Origin: Chrysomallon squamiferum
Taxonomy: Eukaryota > Animalia > Mollusca
Reading direction: 5' to 3'
Length of the DNA: 64,000 nucleotides
Assembly (NCBI GenBank): GCA_012295275.1
Contig: CM022673.1
Coordinates: 2,976,001 to 3,040,000 of the forward strand
Below the pieces are notes generated by a model that did not search any database, was not told where the DNA came from, and was given only the letters and a program-made list of their open reading frames with translations. Position numbers and translations under genes: made by a program. Below are positions 15,067-31,127 of this stretch, one piece after another. Every line of letters starts with the position of its first letter. Position 1 is the first letter of the stretch.

Positions 15067-17716
15067 TATTTATATTTAATAACCTAAAGTTTTTTTTTGC
15101 AAATTAATACGTTATTCATTTTATTAAATTTGAATATTTTGAAGATTAAAAAGTTTCATCTTCCGTAAAAAACAAAAATTAAAAAAAATTGTTTTAATTA
15201 AATATTACAACTTAATAATTCAGTTAAAAAACAGAGAAACAGCTACACGCCCGCAGAAGCATTTACAGAAACAGTCACTGTATTTGTGATCGAAAGTAAA
15301 AATATTATCTTACAATAATAAAATTTAATTTACAAATTACAAATTCAAATAAACCTTACTTGAATTATCTTAATACATTCAAATTTAATACAGATAAATC
15401 ATGATTTACAGAGATAGCAAAATAAAAATAAAAAATAAAAGAAAAAAGATTCTGATGGTTTAATTTATATTTAGAACTTTAATAAATTAATTTACAAATA
15501 GAATATACTTATTATATATTTATATAGTTGGAAGATTTTGATATAAGAATATGAAAATGTATAGTTTTTGGTATATTATGAAAATGCTTATTATATTATA
15601 TTATGCTATATTTTATTACATTTCATTTCATTACATTACATTATATTACAATATATTATATTGCAATATATTGTATTGTATTGTAATTTGTATTGTATTA
15701 TGTTATATTGTATTGCATTGTATTGTATTATTTTATTATATTTTATATTGATTATTATTTCTTTTTTTTAATTTGTGATAACAAATTTGTAAAAAATAAC
15801 AGTTAAGTAAAAACAAAGCTAAATTTTTATATTTTTCACACATCGATGGCAAAAAGAGATACTGAACTGTATATTAGTTGTATCACAAATACGTATGTTA
15901 CATATAATATTAATTAACTCCTAAAGTATTAAACTTCGCATAAATAATAATAATTTAAAAACATTATCAAAAAAAAAAATTTTTAAAATAAAATTAAAAT
16001 TTATATATTTATTTATTTATTTATTTATTTTATTCATTTTATTTATTTCATTTCAATTCAATTATAATTAATAAATAACGTACAGTAAACTATGTACAAA
16101 GTATCACACCGGAGTTCTTGACAGAAATATTTTAGTATTTACCTACTGTTATCACGTCATAAAGATAGACATGACATATTTAAAATCTCATAAACAGTCA
16201 AATGTTCTTTTAGAACAAATTCTGAACCCGTACTCCCAAAACTGTTAAGATTCATTAAAAGAACAACAGTTATTGTAAAATCCATAAAGCGATCATGTAG
16301 CGTGCATTATTTTTAGCTTTTGAAAATAACTGAAGAAAATAAAATTGAATTAAAATGAAACGAAAGAATGAAGTAAAACAGAATTAAAACCTGTTATCTC
16401 ATTGGCTTTTCTTTAATTATTTTACTGAAAAAATAAAATGAAATAAAACCATAAAAAAAAGATAAAAAATAAAAAATACTTCTAATACTACTATTAAAAA
16501 TAAAATAAATAAATAAATAAATAAATAAATGAATGAATGAATGAATGAATGAATGAATAAATAAATAAATAAATAAATATATAAAAAAATGGGATTAAGA
16601 CTTCATATCTCATGGACTAATAATTAATTAGTGTACTAGAACGAAACAAGTGAGAATTATGACTTCACATGTAAAGGACGAACCATTAATTCTTTTAAAT
16701 AAACACTAAGAAGTAAAAGTATGTTTGGAATGCTTTTTTTTTTTTTTTTTTAGCAATGGTTACCTTGATGTTTCTATTTTTTCGTAGTTTTAAATATCTG
16801 GAATCCATCAGTTACTATAGTGACGTGAAAAATGAATTATTTTGATTACATTTATTTCTCTTCTTCCTACGAACTGTGATTATGGTTTTCTTCAAACATG
16901 TATAATTATAAGAATTATAAAAAAAAAAATTATTAATAGCAAAGAAAGAGTGAGAGAAAGGAAAAATATTGATCATTTAAAAAAATAAATAAATAAAATA
17001 AAACTTTATATATATTGTATAAAATGTGACGCTATTATATCTAATATACTCAGAATACTTAATGTTGTTTTATTTATTTATTTTTTTTATCCAGATTTCA
17101 TTTTGTTTTTCTATTTTTTATTCATTTATATATATATATATATATATATTTTTTTGATTTTGATTATTTATATATATATATATATATATTTTTAACATAT
17201 TATCAATAAACAAAGTCTTGAACAGAATAAGATAAAATAAAATAAAATAAAACTTTTAAAAATAAAATGAAAAAAAAAAAAAAAAAAGGTTTAAAATAAA
17301 AATAAAATAAAATAAATTTAAAAACAAAACGAAATAAAATAATAAAAATGAAATGAAATGAAATAAAATAAAAAAAAAACTGTTTATATTTCGCTGCTTA
17401 ATTTCTATCACTTTTTATCATCTTTCTATCCACAATAATAAGAGGTTGTTTGTTTTTAATAAAACTGTTGAACCCACCTTCCTGTTTTTCTGTACCTATT
17501 TCAGAATTTCATTCTAAATTACGTTTTGTTACCGAATTTTATTTTATAATCAGTATTAATTTCACTATTTTAGTTAAAGCCTAAAATATCAAATCGTACA
17601 ATATCCGCTTCTGTGGTAAACAGAAAATAATATTACATACATTTTATAAAATTATACTGAAACGAAAAAGATTTCAAGAATATGCCAGTAAGTTTTATTT
17701 ATTAAATTTGTGTTAG

Positions 17717-17757
<41 letters not shown>

Positions 17758-18432
17758 AAGAAGAAGAAGAAAGGTGCAAAGAACGCAGCCTCTCTATAAT
17801 TCAGCGCTTAAAAAAACATTTCTAAATTAGAACGTTGCTTGTTTATTCAACAAAAGAGGCGTGTCAAAAAAAAAACCTATAATTTTTGTCGCCAAAGTCG
17901 GAGACCTCTTTTCTTTTAAACCAGTCCTCTGCGTGTACAACATGCCTACACGTGTCTTACTGAGCGCTCATTTTTAAAGTGGCCCGTTCCGATATCTGCA
18001 CGTGAGCTTTTTGTGTCCATTTATTTTCTCAATATCTTCTCCTCTCTATGAAATTCGCATCAGCGCCTGGATGACTGTGACAATATTTTTCTAAGCTGAA
18101 CTAGCTTCCTGAGCAGAAAGGGTTAAGCCCGAGAGAGGGGACCCACGCACCTCTTTCTCTGTTCTGCTGAAACGACAAAGGCAAAAAAAAAAAAAAAAAA
18201 AAATTCGGCGTTACGAGCCGAGCCCACATTTGCCGAACACACGGCGTGTTCGGAGCTCATCGGAATGGCGAGAGAGAAATGTCGTTGTGTTGCCGAGACA
18301 CGTGTTCGATTTCCGGGTTTCCGGACGCAGCCGATCACGACAAATGCGACACATGTTGTGGAAACTTTGAAAAGTGCTCGTGGTTTATGGGAAGATCGGA
18401 TAGCATTTTGAAATAATTCATTCATTCATTCA

Positions 18433-18509
<77 letters not shown>

Positions 18510-21064
18510 CATCGTTTATTATTTATCTATTTATTTAATTAAATAAAAAATTGTTGCTTTAATTTTACTTCGGTTATTTAATTTTTCGTCATTCATGTGT
18601 TTTGGTATTAGTAATAATTTTCTTTTACTTTCTTTCTTACTCGAAGAGAATACACTATCTTTCATTAACAATTTTAATACATATGGTTTTATTCAAGTTA
18701 GTTTATTTTGCTTTATTCCGATTTAACACACACACACACACAAATGTACAAATGTCATATATAGTAACTCGTGAAAACAAAGCACAATCGCTTAACAACA
18801 AAAAAAAAAAAAAAAAATTCATCGCGGATTCCAAAAGGTGAACACGACCAGCCTGCAATCTTTCTAGGAATTACACGCGCATTTCACGAGCCCAGTCCAC
18901 TGATCTCAATTCGTCGGTTTATACTTGAACGTGACACGAAGTGTTTGTTTTTGTTAGTAATTTGCAGTGTTACGCAACAAGCCGGAAAGCCACGTGGTTG
19001 CGACACAGTGGACTAGAATCAGCTGTACTTAGTGGTGAGCCTGTAGCAGAGGGCGGGGTCCCTGGTGACGTATCTGTGCTTTTGTATCCAGTCTGCAAAA
19101 GAAACAGAGGCGTGGAATCTTTCATTGTTTTCTGCTGCTGCTGCTGCTGCTGCTGTTGTTGTTGTTCTGGTGTAATGTGTTGATCATTTGTTTTTCGTTT
19201 ATTTTACTTCATTTTGGGTTAGATTCAAGTGTCATCATTGTTGTTGGTGGTCGTGTTCTTTTTCATATCATCATCATCATCATCAAGGTTATCATTATTA
19301 TCAACCAAAAAATATTACTATTTTCAGTCATTACTATAATGAGCTATGCCAATACACAATCAATTTTATAATTTCTGTCATCATCATCATCATCATATTC
19401 CATTACTTTATAAATATTATAACCACCAAATAGCCTCATCACCATAAACAGAGTCATCACGACGAAAATGTTTAGCACTAAAATATCGCTGACATCAACA
19501 ATATCTCTTAATTGCCACAATCATCATCAGCATCAAGACTTCATAATTAATATCATCATCAGTGGTTCGTCAACGCCACTATCATGTCATAACCTACTCA
19601 TCGTCGTCATCATCATCATCCTCAACAGCAGCACCATCACCACTATCACCTTCATCTCTTCGCTCGGCGCTTTCTGAAATTTCAACTGACAAATGCAAAT
19701 GTAACATCAGACTGCGAGATTTCCAGAGTCTGGTTCACTGTTAATGAAGACAAAAATCACATAAATCAAACTGATCTTTGCACAAGCCCTTAATTTAACG
19801 CAGATTACACGACAAACAGAAAACAATAGTGACAGTAATTATATTTTTACCTTTGTGTAAAATAACATGCATGTGTATTAGGTATGTAATACTAATTTGT
19901 GTTTAACGAAGCAAAGCCAGAGATATCCAGGAACGGAAAACATGCCTGCAGTACGTGCACGCTGTATATTAAATATGACACAAAGAAATGCACGCAACTG
20001 CATACTGTATCATAACGATGTCGTTTTCAATAAGTGGTGTGATAAGACTCGGTATTACATACTGCTGTTAATCGCAGCAATGAATATAAATTTCACTGCA
20101 GAAATTTACAAGATATTAATCTCAGTAATGTATGTAAGACAAGTGAATTACACGGAACATTTATTTTTTATCTGGATACTGGTAATTTAGTTGTAATAAT
20201 AAGGATATCGCACACATAGCTCTAATTTTTATTGTCTGTCTTTGTTATTTTGCCATATTTTCACCCACCTTACTGCCAATTATATTTAATAGAATAATTT
20301 CATATATATTATATGTGTGTGAGTGTGTGTGTGTGTGAATGGGTATGTTTGTATATGTATGTATGTATGTATATATATTTTATAAATGTATATATGTGTA
20401 TATTATATATGTAAGCATAAATGTATATATGTATGTATAAATGTATTTATTTATGTATGTATGTACGTACGTATGTTTATATGTATATGTGCCTGTGTGC
20501 ATATGCTTCAAAAAAGACCAAAGCTATGAACTGAAATAGTGATGAAAAAGAAACGAATATATATATATATATATATTATCTGAACAGTTGAGAAAGGATT
20601 AAATAATGAAATAAACAAAATAAACAAATAAAAATGACGACACTTGTAACACACGTTTTTTCACAGACTTGTGTAAAACTCTAAAACAACCACTTTGTGC
20701 GGAGAGCGCTTAGATAATTCTGAGTGACAGCCGTCAAAGTAAGATGTCATCGGCGGGGCAAAGAAAACATTTGTGTTTGTGTAAAACTCTGCTTTACAGT
20801 ATCACGTGTGAGTTCGCTGACAGACAAGTCACGTAAAAAACAAAACTCTTTATTTTCCTCCTCGAGGAGTGGCGCACCTCGATGGCGGAAAAGCAACAAT
20901 AACAAAAAGCGACATTCGAGAGGCTTGAGTAAATAAGTTTAAATGTCCGACTGAATTATTCGCCCTTAGCAGTACTCTTTTTCACTGAAAGATATCTTTT
21001 TAATATTAAGAATGGGTTCTGGTTATTTGTAATTTGTTTTGCAAGTGTTATTTATTTATTTATT

Positions 21065-21124
<60 letters not shown>

Positions 21125-21127
21125 TTA

Positions 21128-21158
<31 letters not shown>

Positions 21159-23951
21159 TTGGACAAATTTTAAAGATAAGTTAAACGTATTAATGAATGA
21201 AATGATACAATACTAAAGAGATTAGACCAGTTCATTATTAAATCTGGAATAAATAAATAAAATAAACAACTGAAAAAAGGTTAATAATAAAGCTGTTATA
21301 AATAAATAGGTTGTAGTGGTAGTAGTAGTAATAGCATCAGCAGCAGCAGCAGTAGTAGTAATAGTAGTAGTAGTAGTAGTAGTAGTAATAGTAGTGGTAA
21401 TGACAATAATAGTATTAATAATTAGAAAAACAACAACAAAAACGACAATAATAATAATAATAATAAACGAAAATGTAAAAACGAATATTTAATGTAATTT
21501 TCACATTTTATGCACAGTAATAACACATACGTACACAAGGTTCTACGTACAGAAATATTCACATCTACAATTCACATCTACACAGCCTTTTAACAACAAA
21601 AAATAACAACAAAAAAACAACCCAACCAAACAAACAATATTAGTAAAAATTCTTCAAGAAGCACAGAAATCAACACACTATCTGACATTTGTTGTGTTTC
21701 TAAATCCGTGCTGGCCATTTCCATCCAGCGAAACTGTGGCCCATTTCGAGTCCCCCACCCACCGTGTCTAATTAGTGGCAGTTTCATTAACATACGGGCA
21801 CCGTGTGGCTGTCTATTGCTCCGACAGCCGGACTCTTAGTGGCGTCGTTCTGTCGGCTGCGGTTTTCTAGCCGGTTTTTCAGCGCACTTTTCCCATGATG
21901 GGTTTCGGAAGCGGTATCGTCTCCAGTCTCTCGAATCCTGCAGCTTTGATGGGCAGTTGAGGAAAGGAAAGGGGGACAGAGTGTTATTTCCGTAAAGAAA
22001 ATAATGTTATTTATTAAAAAAGGATCCGATGTGACTTGAACAAATTTTTTGCTTCAGGGTTATGTTTTTTTTTTTTTTTTAAAGAATGAAGTTTGTGTCG
22101 GATAGACATACAGATGATGGATCGATGGATAAATTAGTGGATAAAGATATATATATATATATCTGTGTGTGTGTGTGTGTGTGTGTATGTGTGTGTGTGT
22201 GAATATATAAAGACATACATTTATACAGATATCTCTCTGTCAATCTATCTGTCTATCTAATAACATGTGTGTTTTTCTTTTTTGTTTAACTATCTATCTA
22301 TCTATAGGTAAACAGATAATTAAATAAAAAGAAAAACGGAGATGTTATGAAAAGTACGTAGAGAAAACAAGAGAGGATAGAACTGTATTACGTCAGACAT
22401 AGTTTATAATCACACATACAGACAGAGCGACTGAAACAGATGGAATGGAAGACAGATATAAAGATACCAGACACAGACAGAAATATCCAGAATGACAGGG
22501 AGACAGAAAGGGGAATAAAGATAAAAGAGTCGTACTGAACGATAAGGAGAAAGACATAAGAAGACTGATATGAAAGATAAACCCACTGAGAGAACGAGAA
22601 ACAGAAATGGAGAGAAAATAATTTTCTGTTCGTGTCTCTCTACAAGAAAAAAAAAAACAGAAGAAAGATTATGTGATTGTTTGTCAAAAAAATATAAATA
22701 AAAAATGAAAAACCGAGACAGGGAATGGAGAGACTGATATCTGGGACAGATAGAAATAGCAAGAACACGATTCGTGAGAATTAGATTTCTGAACATAACT
22801 TACGCGTTTCTCTCATTTACTTTTACGTTTCTGTTGATCTTGCAGATGTGTACACAATAACACGCGCTTTTCCTCTTTTACAACAAACAAGTTTTTAAAA
22901 TACTTTAATATCTTCACATCTGACCCTTTACACGGAAGTATCACGCGAGGTCAGCTTTCAAAGCATATCACGTCTCAATCCCAGTTCAGCCTCGCTTACC
23001 ACTGCATATGGATATCGTTGGAAAGTAATCGAGCATTTCGCTATCTCCGTACACTAAAGAGTTCTTACGGGGGATTACATAGACTACTCTAAATTTATTA
23101 GATTCTACAACGCCGAACAGGAAACAACAAAAGACAAACCACTTCTTATTTTTCTGATTAACCAGCGGGGTAGGAAATCGTTCAGAACACCTGGGAGTTG
23201 TTCGTGGAGAAGTACCAAAACTAAACTGTTCTCTCATTCAAGTTTATTGCTGATAAAATGTTTTATTCTGATGGACGCTAATCTTTATGTTGCCGGCTAC
23301 GTCTAGAGTTGATCAGAAGTACCGTTAAATCACAAATAAATTACGCGAATGATGCACGCGTGAATGTGGTATGATCTCATACAGGTTAAATAATTAAATT
23401 ACAAATTGCAAAAAAAAAAAAGAGTTCAGTTTGTGCCTCAGGGTTTCTGATGGTAGCCATAAACTGTTCAGTCGAAGTTTAACGCTGTCTTAAATAGCGT
23501 TAAATATTATGATATATATATATATATGCGTTTATGTGTGTGTGTATGTGTCTAATTATGTCTAAATGCTAGTAAACATGCACGTGTGTATGTTTGTGTG
23601 CATGTATGCATGTAAACAAAATTACTTTTACATTTTTACCATTCTGGTTAAAGAACGCACCTGTCGTTAAATAGTTTTTATTTTATTAACATTTTTTAAC
23701 GTTTCTTCCTTTCTTTTTTTCACAACTTCTAAATAATTTTTATTGTTGTTGTTTTCTCTCGGGGTATGTGTTCTTGGCTACGTACTATAATTATAAACAG
23801 CTGAACGGGTTACATTCACTATTTTGCGTATACAAACTGTACATAATTCACATAAATTTAACGAATGATATTTTCGTAATTAAAGATATACTGAAGGTTA
23901 ATATTAATAACAGAATGTTTCGTTAACCATTATAATTATTATTATTATTAC

Positions 23952-24018
<67 letters not shown>

Positions 24019-24229
24019 CTATTATTATTATTATGCTAGCTGGATGATTAGATAGACAAAGAAAAATAATTTTAATGACCACTGGTTTTCCTGCTGCCAT
24101 TTTTATTACGTTTGTTACTCATTTATAGATTTATTCAGAGATTTCGAATTCTGTATAATTACATTCAGAAACTGTTGTAGATTTATTTATTCTGTTTAAG
24201 AGCCACTTTCTGTGCAGAGCTATTCTAAG

Positions 24230-24580
24230 CGAGGCGGGGCTCTTTTGTGTGTGCGAGCGATGTGAATGAATATGTCTGTAAATAGATAGTATCACATAAT
24301 TCAATTAAAGATACAGTTTCATTCGATTCTTATCATTGTGCGCGCCCAGGAAGTTTAATTAGCCAATAATTGAGTTGCCGTTTGACAGCTCTTGTCACGT
24401 GTCTGCACGCCGTGTTCGTTTTCAGCGAACGTTTTCAGAGTTACCGGACCATTAGGAACTCTCCTGGAAGTGACCACCGCCGAACAGACAAAGTTAATTG
24501 CTTTAAATTGAAAACTGTCTGCCAGCGACGAGCTTTCCTGTCCCTCACTTCTGTGACGTTTTGGCGAAATCTGATGACTT
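24230..24580. promoter_or_regulatory. Candidate enhancer with homeodomain, Ets and E-box motifs
   Basis: TAATTCAATTA (24297), CAGGAAGT (24347), TAATTA (24356), TAATTG (24367), TGACAG (24383), CACGTG (24396). Confidence 0.4.
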
Positions 24581-24842
24581 TTTTTTTTTTTTTTTTCTGT
24601 TTTCGTGTTTGGAGAAGGGGGAAGGGAAGTGAGGAAGGAGAAGAAAGAAAGAAAGAAAAAAAACCTTGATGTTTTGACATTATCAAAGAAGGATCGTCTG
24701 AAGCAGACGTCTAATAGTTGACATCTCGTGACCCCCCGCGAGATCTCTTTCAGTATTAATGGTTATAATGCATTAGTGGGAATTCCTATAGGCTTTTGGA
24801 AATGGGAGCCGCAACGATGTTTTTTTAGATTTTTTATTTATT

Positions 24843-24897
<55 letters not shown>

Positions 24898-25556
24898 TTA
24901 TTATTTTTTTGGTTTGTAAAAGATGGGGGCGGCTGACTGTTAACGCAGAAGATGAAATGAGAACTGAGAGGAAAGCATCAGAAATGTTTAACTTAAACAT
25001 TCTTAACATAACATATAAACACCACGGCAGTTTTATTTGAAAGCATGTACTTTAATAAATCTTAGAGACTTTTCCTCGCCTTGCAAGAAAAGAATCAGTT
25101 GAAGGGAAATTAAGCAAAGAATATGTAAATCTGTCTTTTGTGATTTGAGATACCAAAATAATATCTTGAATCAGTCTGTAGCTTTACTAAGTTGAAACTG
25201 TATTGAATAAAATATCTTTTGGTTCAAAGTAATTTGGGACACAAAAAGAATCTTAATGACACCATATTTCAGTTTGTGAATGTAAAATTAATTAAGTAGT
25301 AGTAGTAGTAGTAGTAGTAGTAATAATAATAATAGCATATAATTACAGTGAGAAAAGAAAATGGGAATGAACAATTGAATTTACTTTTGAAAATAAAGTA
25401 TTTTAAAGATAGGATTGTATATAAAATAAAATAATATACATTAATTTTTTTTCTAAAAAACAAAATAATTAGGACCAGAGAATTAATTAATTTTCATTTT
25501 GCCTTTCGAATTAATATTTATATTTCATTTGTAATATTTGTGATAAAATAAATGAA

Positions 25557-25595
<39 letters not shown>

Positions 25596-25634
25596 AGAAA
25601 GAAAGAAAGAAAGAAAGAAAAAGTGATTAACAAA

Positions 25635-25677
<43 letters not shown>

Positions 25678-26478
25678 GGCAGGCGAGGACGAAAGAAAAA
25701 TTAAACATAAACATTAAGACAGAAAATAAATGTTTTTTAAAATCATGCACTCAGTTTAGAAAAATTATTGCCTTAGTTTTTTCTCTAAATTTTTTTTTTT
25801 CGTTTCAGCCGTGGTTCGCAAAACAAAACAAAATGTATTTAAAATGTCTCAAAACAAACAGCAGATTTAAAATATCAACAACCGTTAAGTAGATAATTTT
25901 GTATCATGCATAACAAAGTATCTCATGTCGTGAAGGCTGATTATCAAATCAGCTTCCTCGAAAGATCATTCATTTTGCCGGCTGATTAACCAATCAGGTT
26001 CCATGTTACTTAGCAATGACTTCCAGATGGATTAACTGGGCAATTTCTCTGTTATTTCGCAGAACGTAAACTTCAGATTATATAGCCAACTTGCCAATGT
26101 TTCTGGTTGTCTGGGCCCCTGTTGAAGATATTCGCAGATTTACACAGATAAATAAAAAGGTGGTTTTACATGATGCTAATGGAGAGAGCGAGAGAGCGAG
26201 AGAGCGAGAAGAGAAACAGAGAGAGAGATGGATAAATAAATAGATAATTAGAAAGACAGACTACATAGAAAAGTAGGAGGAATATAACAGAATGGAATAG
26301 AAAACAAGAGAGGCAGAGATGGAGAATGAGATATACGGATAGGCAGACAGAGAGAGGCAAAACTAGGTAGACGGACAGATATACAGAAAGACACAGAGAG
26401 AGATATTAAAAATAATAAAAGTGATAGCTGCAATCCTACAAAGAGACAAAGATATAATAAGAAAGAAGGATAGAGAAA

Positions 26479-26576
<98 letters not shown>

Positions 26577-26593
26577 AGAAAGGTTGGAGAGAG

Positions 26594-26662
<69 letters not shown>

Positions 26663-27415
26663 AAGGAGGGAGAGAGAGACAGTCAAACAGATAAGCTGGC
26701 GTTTAAAAAATCGTACCACGTGCCAATTTGCCCTTTGTAAACGGAAAACATCTACCTGGACTGTTCCATCGCCAACAAGGGTTACAGAATTAGCTGCTGC
26801 ACGTGCTAACCAAATAAATAGAATAAGGCATTTATTTTAAAAGAAAATAAACGACCGGTTAGCTGTCAATTACAACGTATACCTGATACCCGAGCAGTCA
26901 AATTAGAATCACATGGTAGTCGCTTTCATGGCGCATATTACACGTGTTTACAAGACATTAACATACAATTGTGTATACAGGCCATGCAATGCGTGCTATG
27001 CGGCGATACTACTGTAATTATAAAAGCTTTGATATGTGGTAACCGATTTCTGAGGCAAGGTGGCTGAATGGTTTGAGTTAAAAGAAAGCCTCACTATTAG
27101 TTTGAATTAAGGGAAATTAGTTGGGGGATTTCTAAAGTTTTTTAAATTTTTTATTTTATTATTATTAGTTTTTTTGTTGTTTTTTTTTGGTTTATAAGGG
27201 GACTTTAAGCTGGAATCACCAGTCGAATTTATTAAACGCAGATTTAAAGTTAAAAGATCGGAACCTCATTTTGGTTCCTATTCTCAGAACGTTTTACGAG
27301 ATATTGGAATGTTATCAGACCTTCCTGAGAATAGTCCAGAAAAGCAAAATGACGTCAATAAAATGTAAAAACAAACAAACAATCATATTAGGTTGTTTGT
27401 TTGTGTGTGTTTGTA

Positions 27416-27527
<112 letters not shown>

Positions 27528-27830
27528 TATATAATTGACTAAAATGAAAATATTTACTGCTGTATAGGATATAACACGAGTTGCTTTTTATGCAATTTCT
27601 GCAATAAAGAACAGAAAATGTTTTAGGACTTCTTAGAAAGAACACGCATTAAAGGTGTGAGATTGTAAGATAGCTCCGAATAGACCCACATCAAAGTTAT
27701 AAATAAATAAATAAATAAATAAATAATTAAAAAAAATAAAAAAATATTTCGTAAATAAATATATTTTATAAATAATAAATAAAATCAATAATTAATTAAA
27801 TAGATTCAACAAATGCGTTGGCAAGGAAAA

Positions 27831-27901
<71 letters not shown>

Positions 27902-28120
27902 ATAATAATAATAATAATCATAATAATAAATGAATACATATATCAGTAAATAAGTACGTAAGTAGATAAATAAATATATAAACAAAAAAACAACAAATAA
28001 CTAAATAAATTGAAAAAAAAAATAGTAGTAGTAGTTGTAGTAGCAATAATAATAATAACTGCAATAGTAGCAATAGTAGCAATAGTAGTAGTAATAGTAA
28101 TATAAAAAGTAGTAGTAGTA

Positions 28121-28154
<34 letters not shown>

Positions 28155-28731
28155 CAGCAGCAGCAACAACATCCAGAACCAAAATACAATAACAACAGTG
28201 AAACTAATTAATCAGTAACAGTGAATATAACAGTTGATTTCTTTATTCAATAACGGTTCCTTTTTATTTTGTTTTTACCCCTTTGATATCGAGTGCTACA
28301 ATAACACGCTTCGCTACCCAGATAATCTGCGAGCAAAAGTCTGTGTTTTTAGCTTCATTAAACCAATCTCTGCTCTCTCTGTCTCGAACAGACTGCTTCA
28401 TGCAAGGTGGACGAAGCCTGGAAGTGGTCAGACGGTCTCAAGTAATCCACTTACTGACCACTGAGCCACTCACAACGTTGTTTTCTAATACAGCTGGTCA
28501 TCTCACTTCTGATTATGTCTGTCTGAGGTTCAGCATAACACAGAAATAACATATGAGTAGAAGTAAAGAGCAATACGTAAATAATATTTTTGAGTTTGTC
28601 ATATGCAAAATTACATTAGGTGATAATAATGATAAGGGTAATGATAAAATAATGGTTATAATGACACTAACAACAAAAACAACACCAGATTTTACTACTA
28701 CTACTACTACTACTACTATTACTACTACTAT

Positions 28732-28765
<34 letters not shown>

Positions 28766-29322
28766 GCTACTACTGCTATTACTAGTAATAGTAATAATAA
28801 TAATGACAAAAAGAAGAAGGACACGTTAACAACAACAATAATATTACAGCATTAATAACAACAGCATTAATAACAACAGCAGTAATAATAATAATAATAT
28901 GAAAGAAAGCATGAAGTAATGTAAATTATTTTTAATACAATACAGAGATGTTTCAGATAACTGGATTTTCTTTAAAATATATTGTATTATTTCTGTATTA
29001 CCCTTTTCCTTCACATTACGAAAAAATCTATAGTTGTGTTGTATAGTTAATTAATTATTTAATAGTAACGTTATTTTCGTATCATGTAACATTTTAAACA
29101 TACTTTATAGTATTTTCCCACTATATATAAAATTTTAACGTGGCTTGGAAATGTACTAAATCGACAAATGATGTCGTTGTCGTTGTTTCTGTTTTTTTTA
29201 AATTTATTTATTATTTTTGTCCAATTCTTAACAGTTTACATTTCTTGTCATAATTACTTATCTGCCTATCAAAATCTTTTAAACAAATATATGTTTTACA
29301 TATTTTCGTCTTCTCATTTTAG

Positions 29323-29460
29323 GTTTGGTTTCAAAACAGACGAGCGAAGTGGAGGAAGCGAGAGAGATTTGGTCAGCTGCAGACGATGAGGGCGATGGCC
29401 ACTGCGGCCACTCACGGCTACGACATGCCGTTACCTGCGCGGCACGACGGCTACTCCCAA
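29323..29460 (+). CDS. Alx: Alx/CART1-family (Alx1/3/4-like) paired-class homeobox gene, penultimate exon: homeodomain helix 3 and following linker
   Basis: Acceptor ttctcattttAG at 29321-22, donor GTAAGT at 29461; 138 nt, phase 0/0. Translates [47 protein letters not shown]50 helix 3 preceded by the typical paired-class intron; RKRER(F/Y)GQ...Y(D/E)xP...YxQ followed by an intron matches Alx-family structure. Confidence 0.93.
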
Positions 29461-31070
29461 GTAAGTTGTTCTGTTGTTTCTATAGCGCGTTGTGTTCGCG
29501 CATGCGTACAAAAATGCATGTCTTTGTGTTTGTATGTGTGTGTGTGTGAATATGAATGTATGTATGTATGCAGGCGTATCTATATATGAACGTATATTTG
29601 AATGTACTACTACTACTACTACTATTACTACTACCGCTACTGCTATCAGTAGTGTAACTACTAAATACTTCGGCTAACACACACAAAACGACTATTTTTT
29701 TCTTTTTTTTAAACTCCACTCTTCAACGCCAGATATCATCTTTTTGACAGTTATAATTAACACAATCAAAGACAACACGAGTGTGTGTACGTCTGCCAAA
29801 GTCAATGTTTGAAACTCCGCAGACGTCATATTTACGAAAGACCTTCACCGCTGAGAGTCCAAACAGCATGCGCGCACCCCCCTCCACCTTTGACTGGGGT
29901 TTTCGCCAGGAATCTCGGGGTTGACAATATTAACAATGGAACTGGACACTCTTTGATCTACAGGACCCCCTGCCGGTTCGTTCCTGAAGCTTCAATGTTT
30001 TCACCCAGTGGAGAAATTTATGAAAAGTTTTGATTTCTTTGTATCCATATCTGACTGACATTGTTCCCGCTGTGACTGCTGTTGATGGAATTGTCAGATT
30101 GTTTGTGCATGTTGCGAGATCAGCGCCGTTGTCGACTGCTGGTCGTCGTTGGCAGGACGAAGTTGTTGGTCAAAAGGGTTAAAGGAAAAAAAATAAAAAA
30201 AATAAATGAAGTCATATTTAGAGGCTTTGTTTGGGAGTAGCGAATGTGAGATGAAATTGAAGTAAATAAAATAAAATTAGATTTAAAATTAAAATAAAAT
30301 AAATGAAATAAAATTAAATTAAAATAAAATAAAATAAAACTTAAAAGTTAAAAAAATTAAAATTAAAATTAAAATAAATTTAAAAATTAAATTAAATGAA
30401 AATAAATGAAATGAAATGAAACGAAATGAAATAAAATAAAGTAAAATAAAATGAAATATATAAATAAATAAAGAAGGAAAGAAAGACAAAAATAGACAAA
30501 AAGTTTACAATAAAAAATGTAACAATGTAAAAATGTAATAATAATAAATTATATCAAACAAAAAAGAAAACAAGTAAAATAAAAGTAATGAAAGATCTAA
30601 AATAATGTAATTTTTTTGTTTATTGATTTCGAGAAAATGTGATAGCCAGTATAACATAAATAGCAATATAGTTTCTTCTTAAATAACGAAAACAAAAATT
30701 ATATTTTTGAAATATTACAGCATAACATAAATATGTTTTTTGTTTTTGCAAAATGTAAAGGAATTTTTTAACTTTAATTTTAATTTTTTATTATTATTTT
30801 TTTTAAATGCAATAGTCATCAAAACGTAAAATTTTATTTTGTTTTTGCGGAACGCCTTCCAGTTTAACGTAAATCTCTGATTTGTTTTTGCAGTAATACG
30901 ACCAACATAATGTTCATTTTTTTGTACTACACAGCCAATGTACTCATCATCTTAACTGTGATTTTGCAAATTTTAAAGAGACCATAAGTTATATATTTAA
31001 TATTTTTCTATGTTACAGTCAAATGACATATATCTTAATTTTGTTTTTGCAGTACTATAACGAACAAAAG

Positions 31071-31127
<57 letters not shown>

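Noticed and set aside
21821-21856. CCGACAG...CTGTCGG hairpin as a possible miRNA precursor
   Set aside because: Stem is only about 7 bp and I recognise no mature miRNA sequence.
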